Part shown: in pieces, positions 12,740-28,296 of the stretch
How positions within the stretch are numbered: the stretch's first letter is position 1
Layout: every line of letters starts with the position of its first letter
Translations under genes and position numbers: made by a program
Origin: Eledone cirrhosa
Taxonomy: Eukaryota
NCBI GenBank assembly: GCA_964016885.1
Contig: OZ024741.1
Coordinates: 46,314,001 to 46,378,000, forward strand
Direction: 5' to 3'
Length of the DNA stretch: 64,000 bases
Notes under the pieces: generated by a model
Seen by the model: the letters and a program-made list of their open reading frames with translations, nothing else
Database searches by the model: none
What the model was told of the DNA's origin: nothing

Positions 12740-13361
12740 CGATATTAATAAATGGAAACTATATTTATAAAACCATATTTATTTCATTATACATATTTCA
12801 GGGATACCAAATTAAATTATGGTATGCCTTCATCAGACAAAATACAATATATAACAGTTTTACAAATAAGCTTTGACGTACCCTTTTAAAATGCAACCAT
12901 TATTTTTGGAAGCCATCTGGATAGTGATTTGTTTATATTATTTTAATAAGTCTTAGTGTTAAGGACAATTAGAAAAAGACGGAGAGAAAGGAAAAGACGG
13001 AGAGAGAGAAAAAAGAAAAAGAAAAAAACGTGGGGAAATATCGGAGAGAGAGAAATGCATGGAGAAAAAAGAGAGAGAGATAAATAAAGACAGGAGGAAA
13101 GAAAGAAAAAAAGAAAAAAGAAAAAAGGAAGAAATAAGAAAAACAGAGGAAAGCAACAGAGAGATATCAAGTCATCAGACAGATAGAAAAACTCAAGAGA
13201 GAGAAATAATATATAGAGAGAGGGGGAGATAATGAAAACTTTACGTCATGTCATATTAAGTTGAGTTAACAATTTATATGAAATGAATAATAAAAATATA
13301 AATATTAATATTCATGAATGGGACATAAATATATAATATGAGAAATTAAACATTGTTTAAT

Positions 13362-13570
13362 AATTGTTTCTACTTTAGGCACAAGGCCAGCAATTACTCA
13401 GTGCATTACTGGTACTTTATTTTATGTAATAATTGTTTCTACTTTAGGCACAAGGCCAGCAATTACCCAGTGCATTACTGGTACTTTATTTTATCGACCC
13501 CGTAAGGATGAAAGGCAAAGTCAACCTCGGCGGGATTGACTTTGCCTTTCATCCTTACGGGGTCGATAAA
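13362..13570 (-). mobile_element. 5'-truncated SINE with doubled 3' end and fold-back hairpin
   Basis: Two tandem 3' ends and a ~35 bp perfect stem at 13490-13570. TSD taaacattgtttaataat at 13347-13364 and 13567-13584. Confidence 0.85.
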
Positions 13571-14722
13571 CATTGTTTAATAATGATTATATGTTTAGTT
13601 TAAAACTTGAGATCAATACACTAAAATTTGAGAAACCACTATCTTACGGCAAAGATAGACAAATATATATATATATATATATATACACACGTCCTGAAAA
13701 TAGAAATTATATCTACTCAGGTCTACAATATAGACATACAAAACGCAAATGATTTCTCTTAATCACTGCTATACATTCCTTGTGTTATAAAAAGTTCACA
13801 GTATATATACATAAATATATACGATTAACATTCATGCCTTCATATATACGATTACCATTCATGCATTTAACATTCTGTTAAAATTATGCATATCTGCAAT
13901 CAAAACTGCGTGGGTAGGCATGCACACACATAACTCTCACCCACACACATACGTATACATATATATATATATACACATACATATGTATAAATAAATATTT
14001 GCGTGCGTCTTCACCAATTGTTAGACCGGCATCACTCATGTACAAGATATACAATCATAAAAAAACCTATAACACTTTTATATGCATGTTAATACACACA
14101 TACACATCTGTATAGAGATAATCAAATATCAATATATTACTAAAGGATTATACTTTGGAAATATTATTATAACAATATAAATTTAAAATACCAAAGGATT
14201 ATATTTTGGAAATACAATTATATCAGTATAGTCTAAAGGACAAACGAATTCTAGAGATATCAAAACATTAAATATCTTTAAAAACACTATAGAGTATCTT
14301 AAGTTAAAATATGTTCCATATATTTAGTATAGAAATTTATCCTACGTATATTTTAATCAAGATATTGAAAGGGTAGACTTATGAAAATTATGAGAAGCTA
14401 TCAGAATCAAAACAAACCTCTGTTTTTCTTATTTCTTCCTTTTTTCTTTTTTCTTTTTTTCTTTCTTTCCTCCTGTCTTTATTTATCTCTCTCTCTTTTT
14501 TCTCCATGCATTTCTCTCTCTCCGATATTTCCCCACGTTTTTTTCTTTTTCTTTTTTCTCTCTCTCCGTTTTTTTTTCTTTCTCTCCGTCTTTTTCTAAT
14601 TGTCCTTAACACTAAGACTTATTAAAATAATATAAACAATTCACTATCCAGATGGCTTCCAAAAATAATGGTTGCATTTTAAAAGGGTACGTCAAAGCTT
14701 ATTGTAAAACTGTTATATATTG

Positions 14723-14787
14723 TATTTTGTCTGATGAAGGCATACCATAATTTAATTTGGTATCCCTGAAATATGTATAATGAAATA
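14723..14787 (+). ncRNA. Type I hammerhead ribozyme (F1); copies at 12780-12844(-), 27490-27554(-), 27949-28013(+)
   Basis: tattttgt CTGATGA aggcatacca..tggtatccct GAAA tatgta TA atgaaata. Stem I and stem II pair. Confidence 0.8.
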
Positions 14788-15082
14788 AATATGGTTTTAT
14801 AAATATAGTTTCCATTTATTAATATCGTATATCTACTCCAAATACTTGTCGAGTGCTTTATATCAGTTATAAAAATATTTACTTGTTCTATCCCAACAAT
14901 TTTAAATAGAACTTTTGCATATATATATATATATATATATAACGAAGGAAATGTGGTAAGGAACCAGGTGGACCATAACGCACCAAAGTACTCAATACTT
15001 AGGGTAGTAGAGTGGGTAATAGGAACCAGTAAGACCCCAACGGCTGAGCTCAAGCCGTTTCGACGGCTAATTCTGGACTGGA

Positions 15083-15164
<82 letters not shown>

Positions 15165-15263
15165 GTGTTTGCGTGTGTATCGAAAACATTACACATGCAG
15201 ATATGTGGTTCGTCAATCATAATTGTAGACTGATACAAATACATATATGTGTATATGTGAATG

Positions 15264-15340
<77 letters not shown>

Positions 15341-15349
<9 letters not shown>

Positions 15350-16491
15350 GAAACACACAGATACATGCGGACACACACATATATACATGAATGCATCCGC
15401 ACCCAACTGTGAGTTAAGGGTGCCAACTTCACCGATGTTGCTCAATGAATGACTGGGACAGACCAATTCAGTTTGAACCAGACTGAACCAGTATCAGAGT
15501 TAAAAATACATTAAGAAGAGAGAAGAAACATTTAGATATAATTAGTAATAAAATGTATCATACCTAAACTGTTCCTAAATTCCTCGACTACGTAGTTTCG
15601 TGGCATAAACAAAAACAATATATCAAAGATATAGAGTCCTTGCGAGGTCTGCCGACTTATCAAGAGGATACCTCATTTTACTAGTCTCAAGAACGCGTCT
15701 ACACGTCGTGTAGACGCGTTCTTGAGACTAGTAAAATGAGGTATCCTCTTGATAAGTCGGCAGACCTCGCAAGGACTCTATATCTTTGATATATTGTTTT
15801 TGTTTATGCCACGAAACTACGTAGTCGAGGAATTTAGGAACAGTTTAGGTATGATACATTTTATTACTAATTATATCTAAATGTTTCTTCTCTCTTCGTA
15901 ATGTATTTTTAACTCTGATACTGGTTCAGTCTGGTTCAAACTGAATTGGTCTGTCCCAGTCATTCATTGAGCAACATCGGTGAAGTTGGCACCCTTAACT
16001 CACAGTTGGGTGCGGATGCATTCATGTATATATGTGTGTGTCCGCATGTATCTGTGTGTTTCTAAATATATTAATAACTCCCTCTGGTCGAGCAATCTTT
16101 GAAGTGTGGGGACAACTGGAAAGCTTCCATTACTCATACTTCTCGCCTTCTTCACTACCTCTTCTACGGCCTCGATATGAATACCCCTCCGCCTCCGTGG
16201 TATTTTCTTCGTGGTTATAAGAGGCTTAGCTCTGTTTCTCGACCGTTATATCGCGTGACTATCTCCCCCTCCGCCTTTTGGGATTCTTTCTCACGTCGTG
16301 TAGACGCGTTCTTGAGACTAGTAAAATGAGGTATCCTCTTGATAAGTCGGCAGACCTCGCAAGGACTCTATATCTTTGATATATTGTTTTTTGTTTATGC
16401 CACGAAACTACGTAGTCGAGGAATTTAGGAACAGTTTAGGTATGATACATTTTATTACTAATTATATCTAAATGTTTCTTCTCTCTTCATA

Positions 16492-16496
<5 letters not shown>
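15341..16496. mobile_element. Non-coding hammerhead element F3 (retrozyme/PLE-like): 365 bp-arm palindrome plus 590 bp-period direct repeat
   Basis: Palindrome 15341-16071 centred on 15706. Segment 15706-15905 repeats at about 16296-16496. Flanked by (TA)n. Confidence 0.8.
15744..15831 (+). ncRNA. Type I hammerhead ribozyme with U3-A8 core (F3); copies at 16334-16422(+) and 15581-15668(-)
   Basis: tcctc TTGATAA gtcggca..tgccac GAAA ctacgtag TC gagga, with a palindromic stem III. Confidence 0.72.
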
Positions 16497-16532
<36 letters not shown>

Positions 16533-16869
16533 GCACACGTCACTGGACAGAATTGCTTCCACATCATTCATTCTCATTTCGGGTACAATTTTGAATAGCG
16601 CCAGTTCGTAATTCGAACTCAGGAATTTTATATTCTGCGAGTGAAAAGAACCTTCTGGCTCGAAACCGTTTCGGTAAAGGTAACCATAGTAAGTACAGTG
16701 AATTTTTTGAAATTTATTTTGAAACTTTCTCTTATTTGCTAAACCTTGATTATGTATGTTCTGGCTCGTTAATTTATTAACCTGCAATAGAACCACATTG
16801 GCATATGGTTGGATAATACATGTGTCCCTATACGTTTTTTGCGTGTAGGGATATATAATTTATAAATAA

Positions 16870-16920
<51 letters not shown>

Positions 16921-17200
16921 GAATTTCAATAACAAAATAGCTATTTCTACATTGAAATAATATTTTTTTGGCATTTTGCAATATCATTTTTGCATATCCC
17001 AATATCTTTTGATCCATCCTTTATAATATATTTCATGTTTTCATCCTTTGTTTAATATCAGTGAAACATTTTGTTATTTTTTAATATTTCTAGCTATTCA
17101 AGTTTAGTCGATATATAAAGTAATGTATGTATGTATGTATGTATGTATGTATGTATGTATGTATGTATGTATGTATGTATGTATGTATGTATGTATGTAT

Positions 17201-17808
17201 TATGTCAGGTCACCAGTTAGTGCTACTGGTAACATGTATTCCAGTACAACCTGTCCTATGGTCGGGTCGTTGGCGACTAAACTGGCAACCCCACCAAGGT
17301 TTCTTGGTGAGGAGGGTGACTTTGGACATCCTGCAGGACTAAAAACAAAACCTGTCAAAGGGCAAAGGAGCTCTTAAGAGTCAATGGCCATCCAAAATCA
17401 CCGGGAGAGATGAACCCTTAGCCTTTGTCAAGGCAGAATTCTAGGAGAAGGAAAACTCTGATATAACACCTGCAACCCTGATGGTATCCAATGATGACTT
17501 GTTATTCTTTTTGGTAAATATCATCTTGGTTAAGAGAGTGGGACTGGTTTAGTGCAGTGCCTTTGCTCACTATAAAAGCTTCACGGCACAGGCATTGCTT
17601 TATATCTGGAGATCTCTCTGCACTTGTCGTCACATGCTGCAATGGGCCCAGCACTACGTGTCAATAATTGTCACAGGTGTAGTGTTTGTACCAGAGTTTT
17701 CAAGTCGCTGGCCGGACTAAAAATTCACACTTGTTTAGCGCATCGGTAAGGGTTCTCCTACATGGATATAAAGTAGTGGCCGTACTCGAAAACGAGTTGG
17801 CAGCCACG
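17201..17808 (+). mobile_element. ~610 bp non-coding insertion in (TATG)n, probably an RTE-derived non-autonomous retroelement
   Basis: Absent from the paired arm (23474-23560 is an uninterrupted repeat). Contains ctaggagaaggaaaactctga, which I recall as an RTE 5'-UTR motif. Confidence 0.6.
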
Positions 17809-17876
17809 ATGTATGTATGTATGTATGTATGTATGTATGTATGTATGTATGTATGTATGGATGGATGTATGTATGT

Positions 17877-20158
17877 TCTTCTGGTTTTATAATTTCACGA
17901 AGTTTTACCAATAGAGAGAGATTCGGTTTCTAATATAGACACAAGTCTCTCTCATTGGAATTTACAAAACATCAACTAGGTAGATATGTATGCATGCATG
18001 TGTAGATATGGGTGTTATTGTATGTGTGTATGTGTATGTTTTGAGTTGTATGTGTGAATGTCTATATGCTTTGTATCTGTACATGTGTATATGCAGTTAT
18101 TAGATGCAAAATCTTTGGAATGTTTTACATATTTTTACTGTTCCATTAATGGATTGTACTAGTTGTGTTCTTTCTGATCCTTTGAAGTCTAGCTTCTCAA
18201 GATTTGTATTGAAGCAGTTACTAACATATCCCAGTGCCCCAATAATCACAGGCATAAATCTGAAGGTGTGATCAGGGTGGAGTGTCTGCAGATTTCTCAT
18301 CAGTTCTGCATAAATATTCTCCTTTTCACTAATCTTTGATATTATATTGGCATCTGCTGCGCAGCTAATTTCTACTACTGTGGATGCTTTCTTCTCCCTG
18401 TCCCATATCATAATATCTGGTCTGTTATGCCTGCATTTTATTGGGGTTTTTACTGGAACATTCCACCAGTACTCTTTCATATTATGTACATGGATGTCTT
18501 CCACATTGCTGTAGCTTTTAATGTGTTTATTATCGGGGCTATCTTTTTTACGAACTGCATTGTACAGTCTTTTGGCCACTACATCATGCCTCATAGATAG
18601 ATAGTACCGCGATGACATCTTTGGACAGCTGCTGATGACATGGGTGATATCCTCGATGTTAGTTCTGCAGAGTCTGCACTTGTTATCACATCTAGGTGTT
18701 TTGCCTGCGTCCCTATCTCTTTTGTGAATCAGGTATTATGCGCTAATCTCCTGTTCTTGGATTGCAAAAGCGTAGCCTTCAAAGTGGGAGCCAATATAGC
18801 GGTTGTTGGTCCAAGATAGACTAGTTTCCTTAGCTATATTACTCTCACTCTGGAGCTTCCTGGCAACATATCCATGCATGATTTTTTGGTGATAGACATG
18901 CAGTTTTTCATCCATGGATTCACTGCGATACTGCTGAGCGACATCCCTGGATGTGAGTTTTTGATTATCACACAAGGAATATCTCTCAAGGAGTTCCTTG
19001 CCAACTCTCATGATCTTATCTGTTTCATGCAGATAGACTTGCTCGAGAAGCGGGCTCCTACGCTTCGAGGTTCGTAGATGTTGTCGGAGAGATATGATGC
19101 GACATTCAAATGTTGTCTGGACTGATGTTAGACCTCTGCCTCCCTGCTTACGTCTCAAGTAAAGGCGGTCTATGTCACTGTTGTTGTGGAAGTTTCCGGT
19201 GTTGTTCAGTATTTTCCGAGTTCCAACATCAACTGCTCGGATTTCGTCTATCGTCCAATTGAGTATTCCAAACGTTGGTGTTAGGACAGGCACAGCAAAC
19301 ACATTGTGAGCCACTGTTTTGTTTTGCGCAGAGAGTTCTGATGACCAGATCTTTCTTAATCGGGTGTAGTATTCCCTGGTTACGCGTTCTTTATTACAGA
19401 TACCGTTATAGGATATGTTCTCATCTATCACCAGGTATCTGTAGCAGTCCTCATCAGATATCGGTGAAACAGTTAGACCATTGATGACAATGTTGCTAGA
19501 TTGGGTTGTTGTTTTTCCCCGCTTTACAGTCATGTATGAGCATTTATCTTGGCCAAACTCCATTCCTATATCCTTTGAGAACGTTGTAACCAGGTCAAGA
19601 TTTTTCTTCATCCCATCCATGTTGTTGGCATAGAGTTTCAGATCGTCCACAAAGAAGTTATGGGTTAGGTTCGTATTTCTGTCCTCCTGTGAGCCAATGA
19701 TGTATCCCTCACATTTTTTTAGCAGAAAAGACAAGGGGTTTAATGACAATATGAACAATATCACAGAGAGACTGTCCTCCTGAAATATACCCCTGCAATA
19801 TTTTATTTTATCAGTGAAAATAGAGTCCTCCCTCTCTGTTTTAACCTTAGGATAGTAGTCCAAGAAGAAGACGGCTTCTCTATGGCTCTGACAATAATGT
19901 CTGGGACTTTAGCAAGTTGGAGGGCCTCTATCACCCAAGAGTGGGGAACAGAATCGAAAGCCTTCTTGTAGTCCAGACAGACTGTAGTCATATTCCTCCT
20001 AAGTTGTCGCACCTACGACATCGCAGTTTTGTTGATTAAGAGTTGATCAGCACATCCCCAAACCTCTTTCTTTCCAGCTGCTTGTTCATCTGTGATGATG
20101 TTATTATTTTCACAGTGATCTTGGAGGAATAGGTTCAGGCAGGCTGTATGCTTCTTAT
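17877..20158 (-). pseudogene. R4/Dong-like RLE non-LTR retrotransposon, 3' part (inverted copy)
   Basis: FFVDDLKLY, CRLC..H..C, RHD, NRPDI and VEISC motifs. Reverse complement of about 21172-23473. Confidence 0.9.
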
Positions 20159-20205
20159 GTATGTATGCATGTATGTATGCATGCATGTATGTATGTATAT
20201 ATATT

Positions 20206-20251
<46 letters not shown>

Positions 20252-20427
20252 AATACATATATACATGCATGCATACATACATACATACATACATACATAC
20301 ATACATACATACATACATACATACATACATACATACATGCATACATACATACATACATACATACATACATACATACATACATACATACATACATACATAC
20401 ATACATACATACATACATACATACATA

Positions 20428-23400
20428 GAACACCACCAAAAATACCATCATAGATAACTAAAATAGAAAAAAAGAATGCTGACCTACGAAAAGACATAGG
20501 ACATGTGACAATGCTCCTTACATGCAAACAAACACAAAAAAACCTCACTCCTCACCAACAAAGAGTGAAAAATGAAATAGAGACGATGTTTGGTAACAGT
20601 AGAACCAGAACTCTCCAATATAAGCTGATCACCCTCAAACAAGAATTGAGAGCTGTTAGGGAAAAACGTCGATACCTGAAGAAGGTAGATGAGAGAAAAA
20701 TGCTTAATAAACGATTCAGACGAAACCAAACATCAATCTATAGAGATATGAAGGGCAAAATAATAAGTGTCACTGAGGCCCCATCCCAGAAAGACATAGA
20801 TTCCTTTTGGAGAAAAATATGGGGTGAAAAGAAGAATTTCAACCAAGATGCAGTGTGGCTAAGAGAAATCCGAAAGAACTATTGCTCCTACACTACAACA
20901 AAAACATACGAAATAAGTGAGGGTACTCTTGAGACTGTGATAGGAAAACTCAAGATAAAAAAACACCAGGAAGAGACATGATTGTCGGCTACTGGTACAA
21001 AAAAACTGATATTCTATCGGAGGTATCTTACTGACCTCTACCAACAAGTTCTTAAGGGAGATACACTTATACCAGAATGGTTGACATTAGCACAAACGTT
21101 ACTGGTCTCCAAGAACAAAGACACCCACTTGGCAAAAGACTACCGACCCATTGCATGCCAGAACCTGATGTATAAGATGTATACAGCCTGCCTGAACCTA
21201 TTCCTCCAAGATCACTGTGAAAATAATAACATCATCACAGATGAACAAGCAGCTGGAAAGAAAAGGGTTTGGGGATGTGCTGAACAACTCCTGATCAACA
21301 AAACTGCGATGTCGAAGGTGCGACAACTTAGGAGGAATATGACTACAGTCTGGCTGGACTACAAGAAAGCTTTCGATTCTGTTCCCCACTCTTGGGTGAT
21401 AGAGGCCCTCCAACTTGCTAAAGTACCAGACATTATTGTCAGAACCATAGAGAGGCTGTCTTCTTCTTGGGCTACTATCCTAAGGTTAATGACAGAGAGG
21501 GAGGACTCTATTTTCACTGATAAAATAAAATATTGCAGGGGTATATTTCAGGGGGACAGTCTCTCTGTGATATTGTTCATATTGTCATTAAACCCCTTGT
21601 CTTTTCTGCTAAAAAAATGTGAGGGATACATCATTGGCTCACAGGAGCACAGAAATACGAACCTAACCCATAACTTCTTTGTGAACGATCTGAAACTCTA
21701 TGCCAACAACATGGATGGGATGAAGAAAAATCTTGACCTGGTTACAACGTTCTCAAAGGATATAGGAATGGAGTTTGGCCAAGATAAATGCTCATACATG
21801 ACTGTAAAGCGGGGAAAAACAACAACCCAATCTAGCAACATTGTCATCAATGGTCTAACTGTTTCACCGATATCTGATGAGGACTGCTACAGATACCTGG
21901 TGATAGATGAGAACATATCCTATAATGGTATCTGTAATAAAGAACGCGTAACCAGGGAATATTACACCCGATTAAGAAAGATCTGGTCATCAGAACTCTC
22001 TGCGCAAAACAAAACAGTGGCTCACAATGTGTTTGCTGTGCCTATCCAAACACCAACGTTTGGAATACTCAATTGGACGATAGACGAAATTCGAGCAGTT
22101 GATGTTGGAACTCGAAAAATACTGAACAACACCGGAAACTTCCACAACAACAGTGACATAGACCGCCTTTACTTGAAACGTAAGCAGGGAGGCAGAGGCC
22201 TAACATCAGTCCAGACAACATTTGAATGTCGCATCATATCTCTCCGACAACATCTACGAACCTCGAAGCGTAGGAGCCCGCTTCTCGAGCAAGTCTATCT
22301 GCATGAAACAGATAAGATCATGAGAGTTGGGAAGGAACTCCTTGGGAGATATTCCCTGTGTGATAATCAAAAACTCACATCCAGGGATGTCGCTCAGCAG
22401 TATCGCAGTGAATCCATGGATGAAAAACTGCATGCCTATCAGCAAAAAATCATGCATGGATATGTTGCCAGGAAGCTCCAGAGTGAGAGTAATATAGATA
22501 AGGAAAGTAGTCTATCTTGGACCAACAACCGCTATATTGGCTCCCACTTTGAAGGATACGCTTTTGCAATCCAAGAACAGGAGATTAGCACGAAATACCT
22601 GATTCAAAAAAGAGATAGGGATGCAGGCAAAACACCTAGATGTGATAACAAGTGCAGACTCCTCAGAACTAACATCGAGGATATCACCCATGTCATCAGC
22701 AGCTCTCCAAAGATGTCATCGCGGTACTATCTACCTATGAGGCATGATGTAGTGGCCAAAACACTGTACAAGGCAGTTCGTAAAAATGATAGCCCCGATA
22801 ATAAACACATTAAAAGCTACAACAATGTGGAAGACATCTATGTACATAATATGAAAGAGTACTGGTGGAATGTTCCAGTAAAAACCCCAATAAAATGCAG
22901 GCATAACAGACCAGATATTATGATATGGGACAGGGAGAAAAAAACATACACAGTAGTGGAAATTAGCTGCCCAGAAGATGCCAATATAATATCAAAGATT
23001 AGTGAAAAGGAGAATATTCATGCAGAACTGATGAGAAATCTGCAGATACCCCACCCTGATTACACCTTCAGATTTATGTCTGTGATTATTGGGGCACTGG
23101 GGTGTGTTAGTAACTGCCTCAATACAAATCTTGAGAAGCTAGGCTTCACAGGAACAGAAATAACACAACTAGTTAGGAAACTACAAGTACAATCCATTAA
23201 TGGAACAGTAAAAATATGTAAAACATTCCAAAAATTTTGCATCTAATAACTGCATATACACATGTACAGATACAAAGCATATACACATGCACACATACAA
23301 CTCAAAATATACACATCCACACATACAATAACATCCATATCTACACATGCATGCATACATACATATCTACCTAGTTGATGTTGTGTAGATTCCAATGAGA

Positions 23401-23473
23401 GAGTCTTGTGTCTATGTTATAAACCGACTCTCTCTCTATTGGTAAAACTTTGTGAAATTATAAAACCAGAAGA
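20428..23473 (+). mobile_element. R4/Dong-like RLE non-LTR retrotransposon, 5'-truncated, flanked by (CATA)n on both sides
   Basis: ORFs 20505-20981 and 20982-23246 (frameshifted) with YRPIAC, LDYKKAFDSV, FQGDSLS, FVND (mutated), degenerate CCHC, RHD and PD-(D/E)xK motifs. Confidence 0.92.
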
Positions 23474-23888
23474 ACATACATACATACATACATACATACA
23501 TACATACATACATACATACATACATACATACATACATACATACATACATACATACATACATTACTTTATATATCGACTAAACTTGAATTGCTAGAAATAT
23601 TAAAAAATAACAAAATGTTTCACTGATATTAAACAAAGGATGAAAACATATCAAATATATTATAAAGGATGGATCAAAAGATATTGGAATATGCAAAAAA
23701 TGATATTGCAAAATGCCAAAAAAATATTATTTCAATGTAGAAGTAGGTATTTTGTTATTGAAATTCATATTACATTTCTGCTAATTCTAATCTGGATAAA
23801 ATAAGAATTTTTATGTAAATAATGATTTGAATGTGTGTGATGAACTTCATAAGTACGATATACATATATATGTGTGTGTGTAAGTATG

Positions 23889-23981
<93 letters not shown>

Positions 23982-24111
23982 ACACACATATGTATAGTTA
24001 ATAAACAAAACAAAACGAACAGTGATGCAAAAATACACTTATATTAACACACACACACACATATATATATATATCCACATGTATCAATATATATGTACAC
24101 ACACACACACA

Positions 24112-24159
<48 letters not shown>

Positions 24160-24325
24160 ACAAACACACACACGTATCCGCACACACACATATATATATA
24201 GATATATGTACGTAAGAAAATAATTCTTTGGAAGGGCTCATCAACCGATACAAGAAATTGGTTTTGTATTTTTTAAGTATGATCATGTATATGATTATGC
24301 ATTAGCAAGCTTATATACGTGCATG

Positions 24326-24552
<227 letters not shown>

Positions 24553-25064
24553 TATATAAATATATATTATATAAATACTCGGCCACTTGTATGTTAATTT
24601 CACAAGCAAGCTTTTCTTTAGATCAAACATCTGGAAACTCATCATCGGAACCGACGGAGGTCCGACACAACCACACACACGTGTAGTCCAGGATAGTATG
24701 TAATAGTTATATTTATTGTGTACATTCAATTCCATTCAAAATCATTTAATAGCTTACTTTTAAGAACATCGTACTTCAGTATCGAAAACATAAAATCAAA
24801 ATAGCGAAATATATTTGCCTGTTATAATTTTATCTCAGCAATACAGCAATATACAATGCCACAATATCATCTTGCTTTTCTTAATTACTATTCTTATAAA
24901 TTACCCTATGTTTGCAAGAAAATTGCTATAAAATGTTCATTGTTATTCATATAATGCACCTACATTATGTTCTACCGCTTAACATATTTATATCATTAGG
25001 CGGAGAGTTATAGATATTTCTATAGAGAGTTCTATACGACCTCTTCTGAAACCGTTCTTCACAG

Positions 25065-25125
25065 GTTTGCTGGTAGAAGGAAGTATAAAATTGATTGTAT
25101 TGACGAAATTAAAGAGACATATTAG
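25065..25125 (+). other. Candidate host exon (61 nt)
   Basis: ttcttcacag|G ... AG|gtaagc splice signals. One fully open frame, LLVEGSIKLIVLTKLKRHI. Confidence 0.3.
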
Positions 25126-25252
25126 GTAAGCATTGAACTTTATCGATTCCGGAGGAAACTATCGTCTTCCTTCTTGTTAAATGTTTGCACAGAATGTGAT
25201 TAGGGAATTCTTTACATAAGCTTGTCCTATATACACTATTCTCAATCACGTT

Positions 25253-25331
<79 letters not shown>

Positions 25332-25350
25332 GGTGGTGGTGGTGGTGGTG

Positions 25351-25443
<93 letters not shown>
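25253..25443 (+). repeat. Compound trinucleotide repeat (GTA)n(GTG)n(GTC)n(GTA)n
   Basis: Direct read. Confidence 0.95.
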
Positions 25444-25839
25444 AAAAAAAGAGAATACCATTAAGTTGCAGTAAGTTGCGAGGTTAAAAAAAGACTCAAA
25501 ATGAAGGAAAGTGAGATGGGAAAATATGTAAATACATATAATCATACGCACACACATATATTGAGTATTACAGTTATTGACTTTATCGATGTGATATATT
25601 GAGTATTACAGTTATTGACTTTATCGATGGGAATACTGATTAATGAAGGTTACAGTAGAAGTTGTGGTTGTGGTAAGAAGGGAAAAGTTGCCTAGTTTAT
25701 CTTTGAATAATATTTATTTTTCTAATAGTCAATTATTTAACGCATGCGCTTTACTGCAATTAAGTGTTGTCTGCTATATTAAGCCTTTTACAAAGATGTA
25801 AGTTGTCAGTTAGATTCATTTATTCAATGACAATTATTA

Positions 25840-25966
<127 letters not shown>

Positions 25967-26190
25967 GAGAAAGGAGGCAAAGTTCTATTCAAATAAAAAT
26001 TATAGGTAAAAAGTAAAAGTGAAAAAGCCCAGCAGTATATTTAAAGACTTCTTTCTTAATCCGATAGAATGAACATTTTATAATTCTTACATTAAATAGA
26101 TTTAAATTTTGTCAAATACTTGACAAAATTCAAATCAATTATAGAAAAACATAATTTCTAAATATACCCCAGTGCTTTTTCCCTTTTACC

Positions 26191-26301
<111 letters not shown>

Positions 26302-26340
26302 TTAGAGAGAGAGAGAGAGAGAGAGAAAGAGAAGAAATTG

Positions 26341-27289
<949 letters not shown>

Positions 27290-27298
27290 CATATATAC

Positions 27299-28211
<913 letters not shown>

Positions 28212-28217
28212 CATATA

Positions 28218-28290
<73 letters not shown>

Positions 28291-28296
<6 letters not shown>

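Larger units (their letters stand above)
12739..14920. mobile_element. PLE family F1, inverted arms 12739-13148 and 14418-14828 plus 3' end
   Basis: Arms are reverse complements and each holds a hammerhead. Both outer ends lie in (TA)n. Same family at 27449-28146. Confidence 0.75.

Noticed and set aside
24577-24700. Hammerhead-like CCGATGA..GAAA on the minus strand
   Set aside because: No convincing stem I or stem II pairing.
26099-26137. 17-bp-stem AT-rich hairpin, and a 36-bp duplication at 25556-25629
   Set aside because: Short and AT-rich, as expected from local slippage, with no supporting context.
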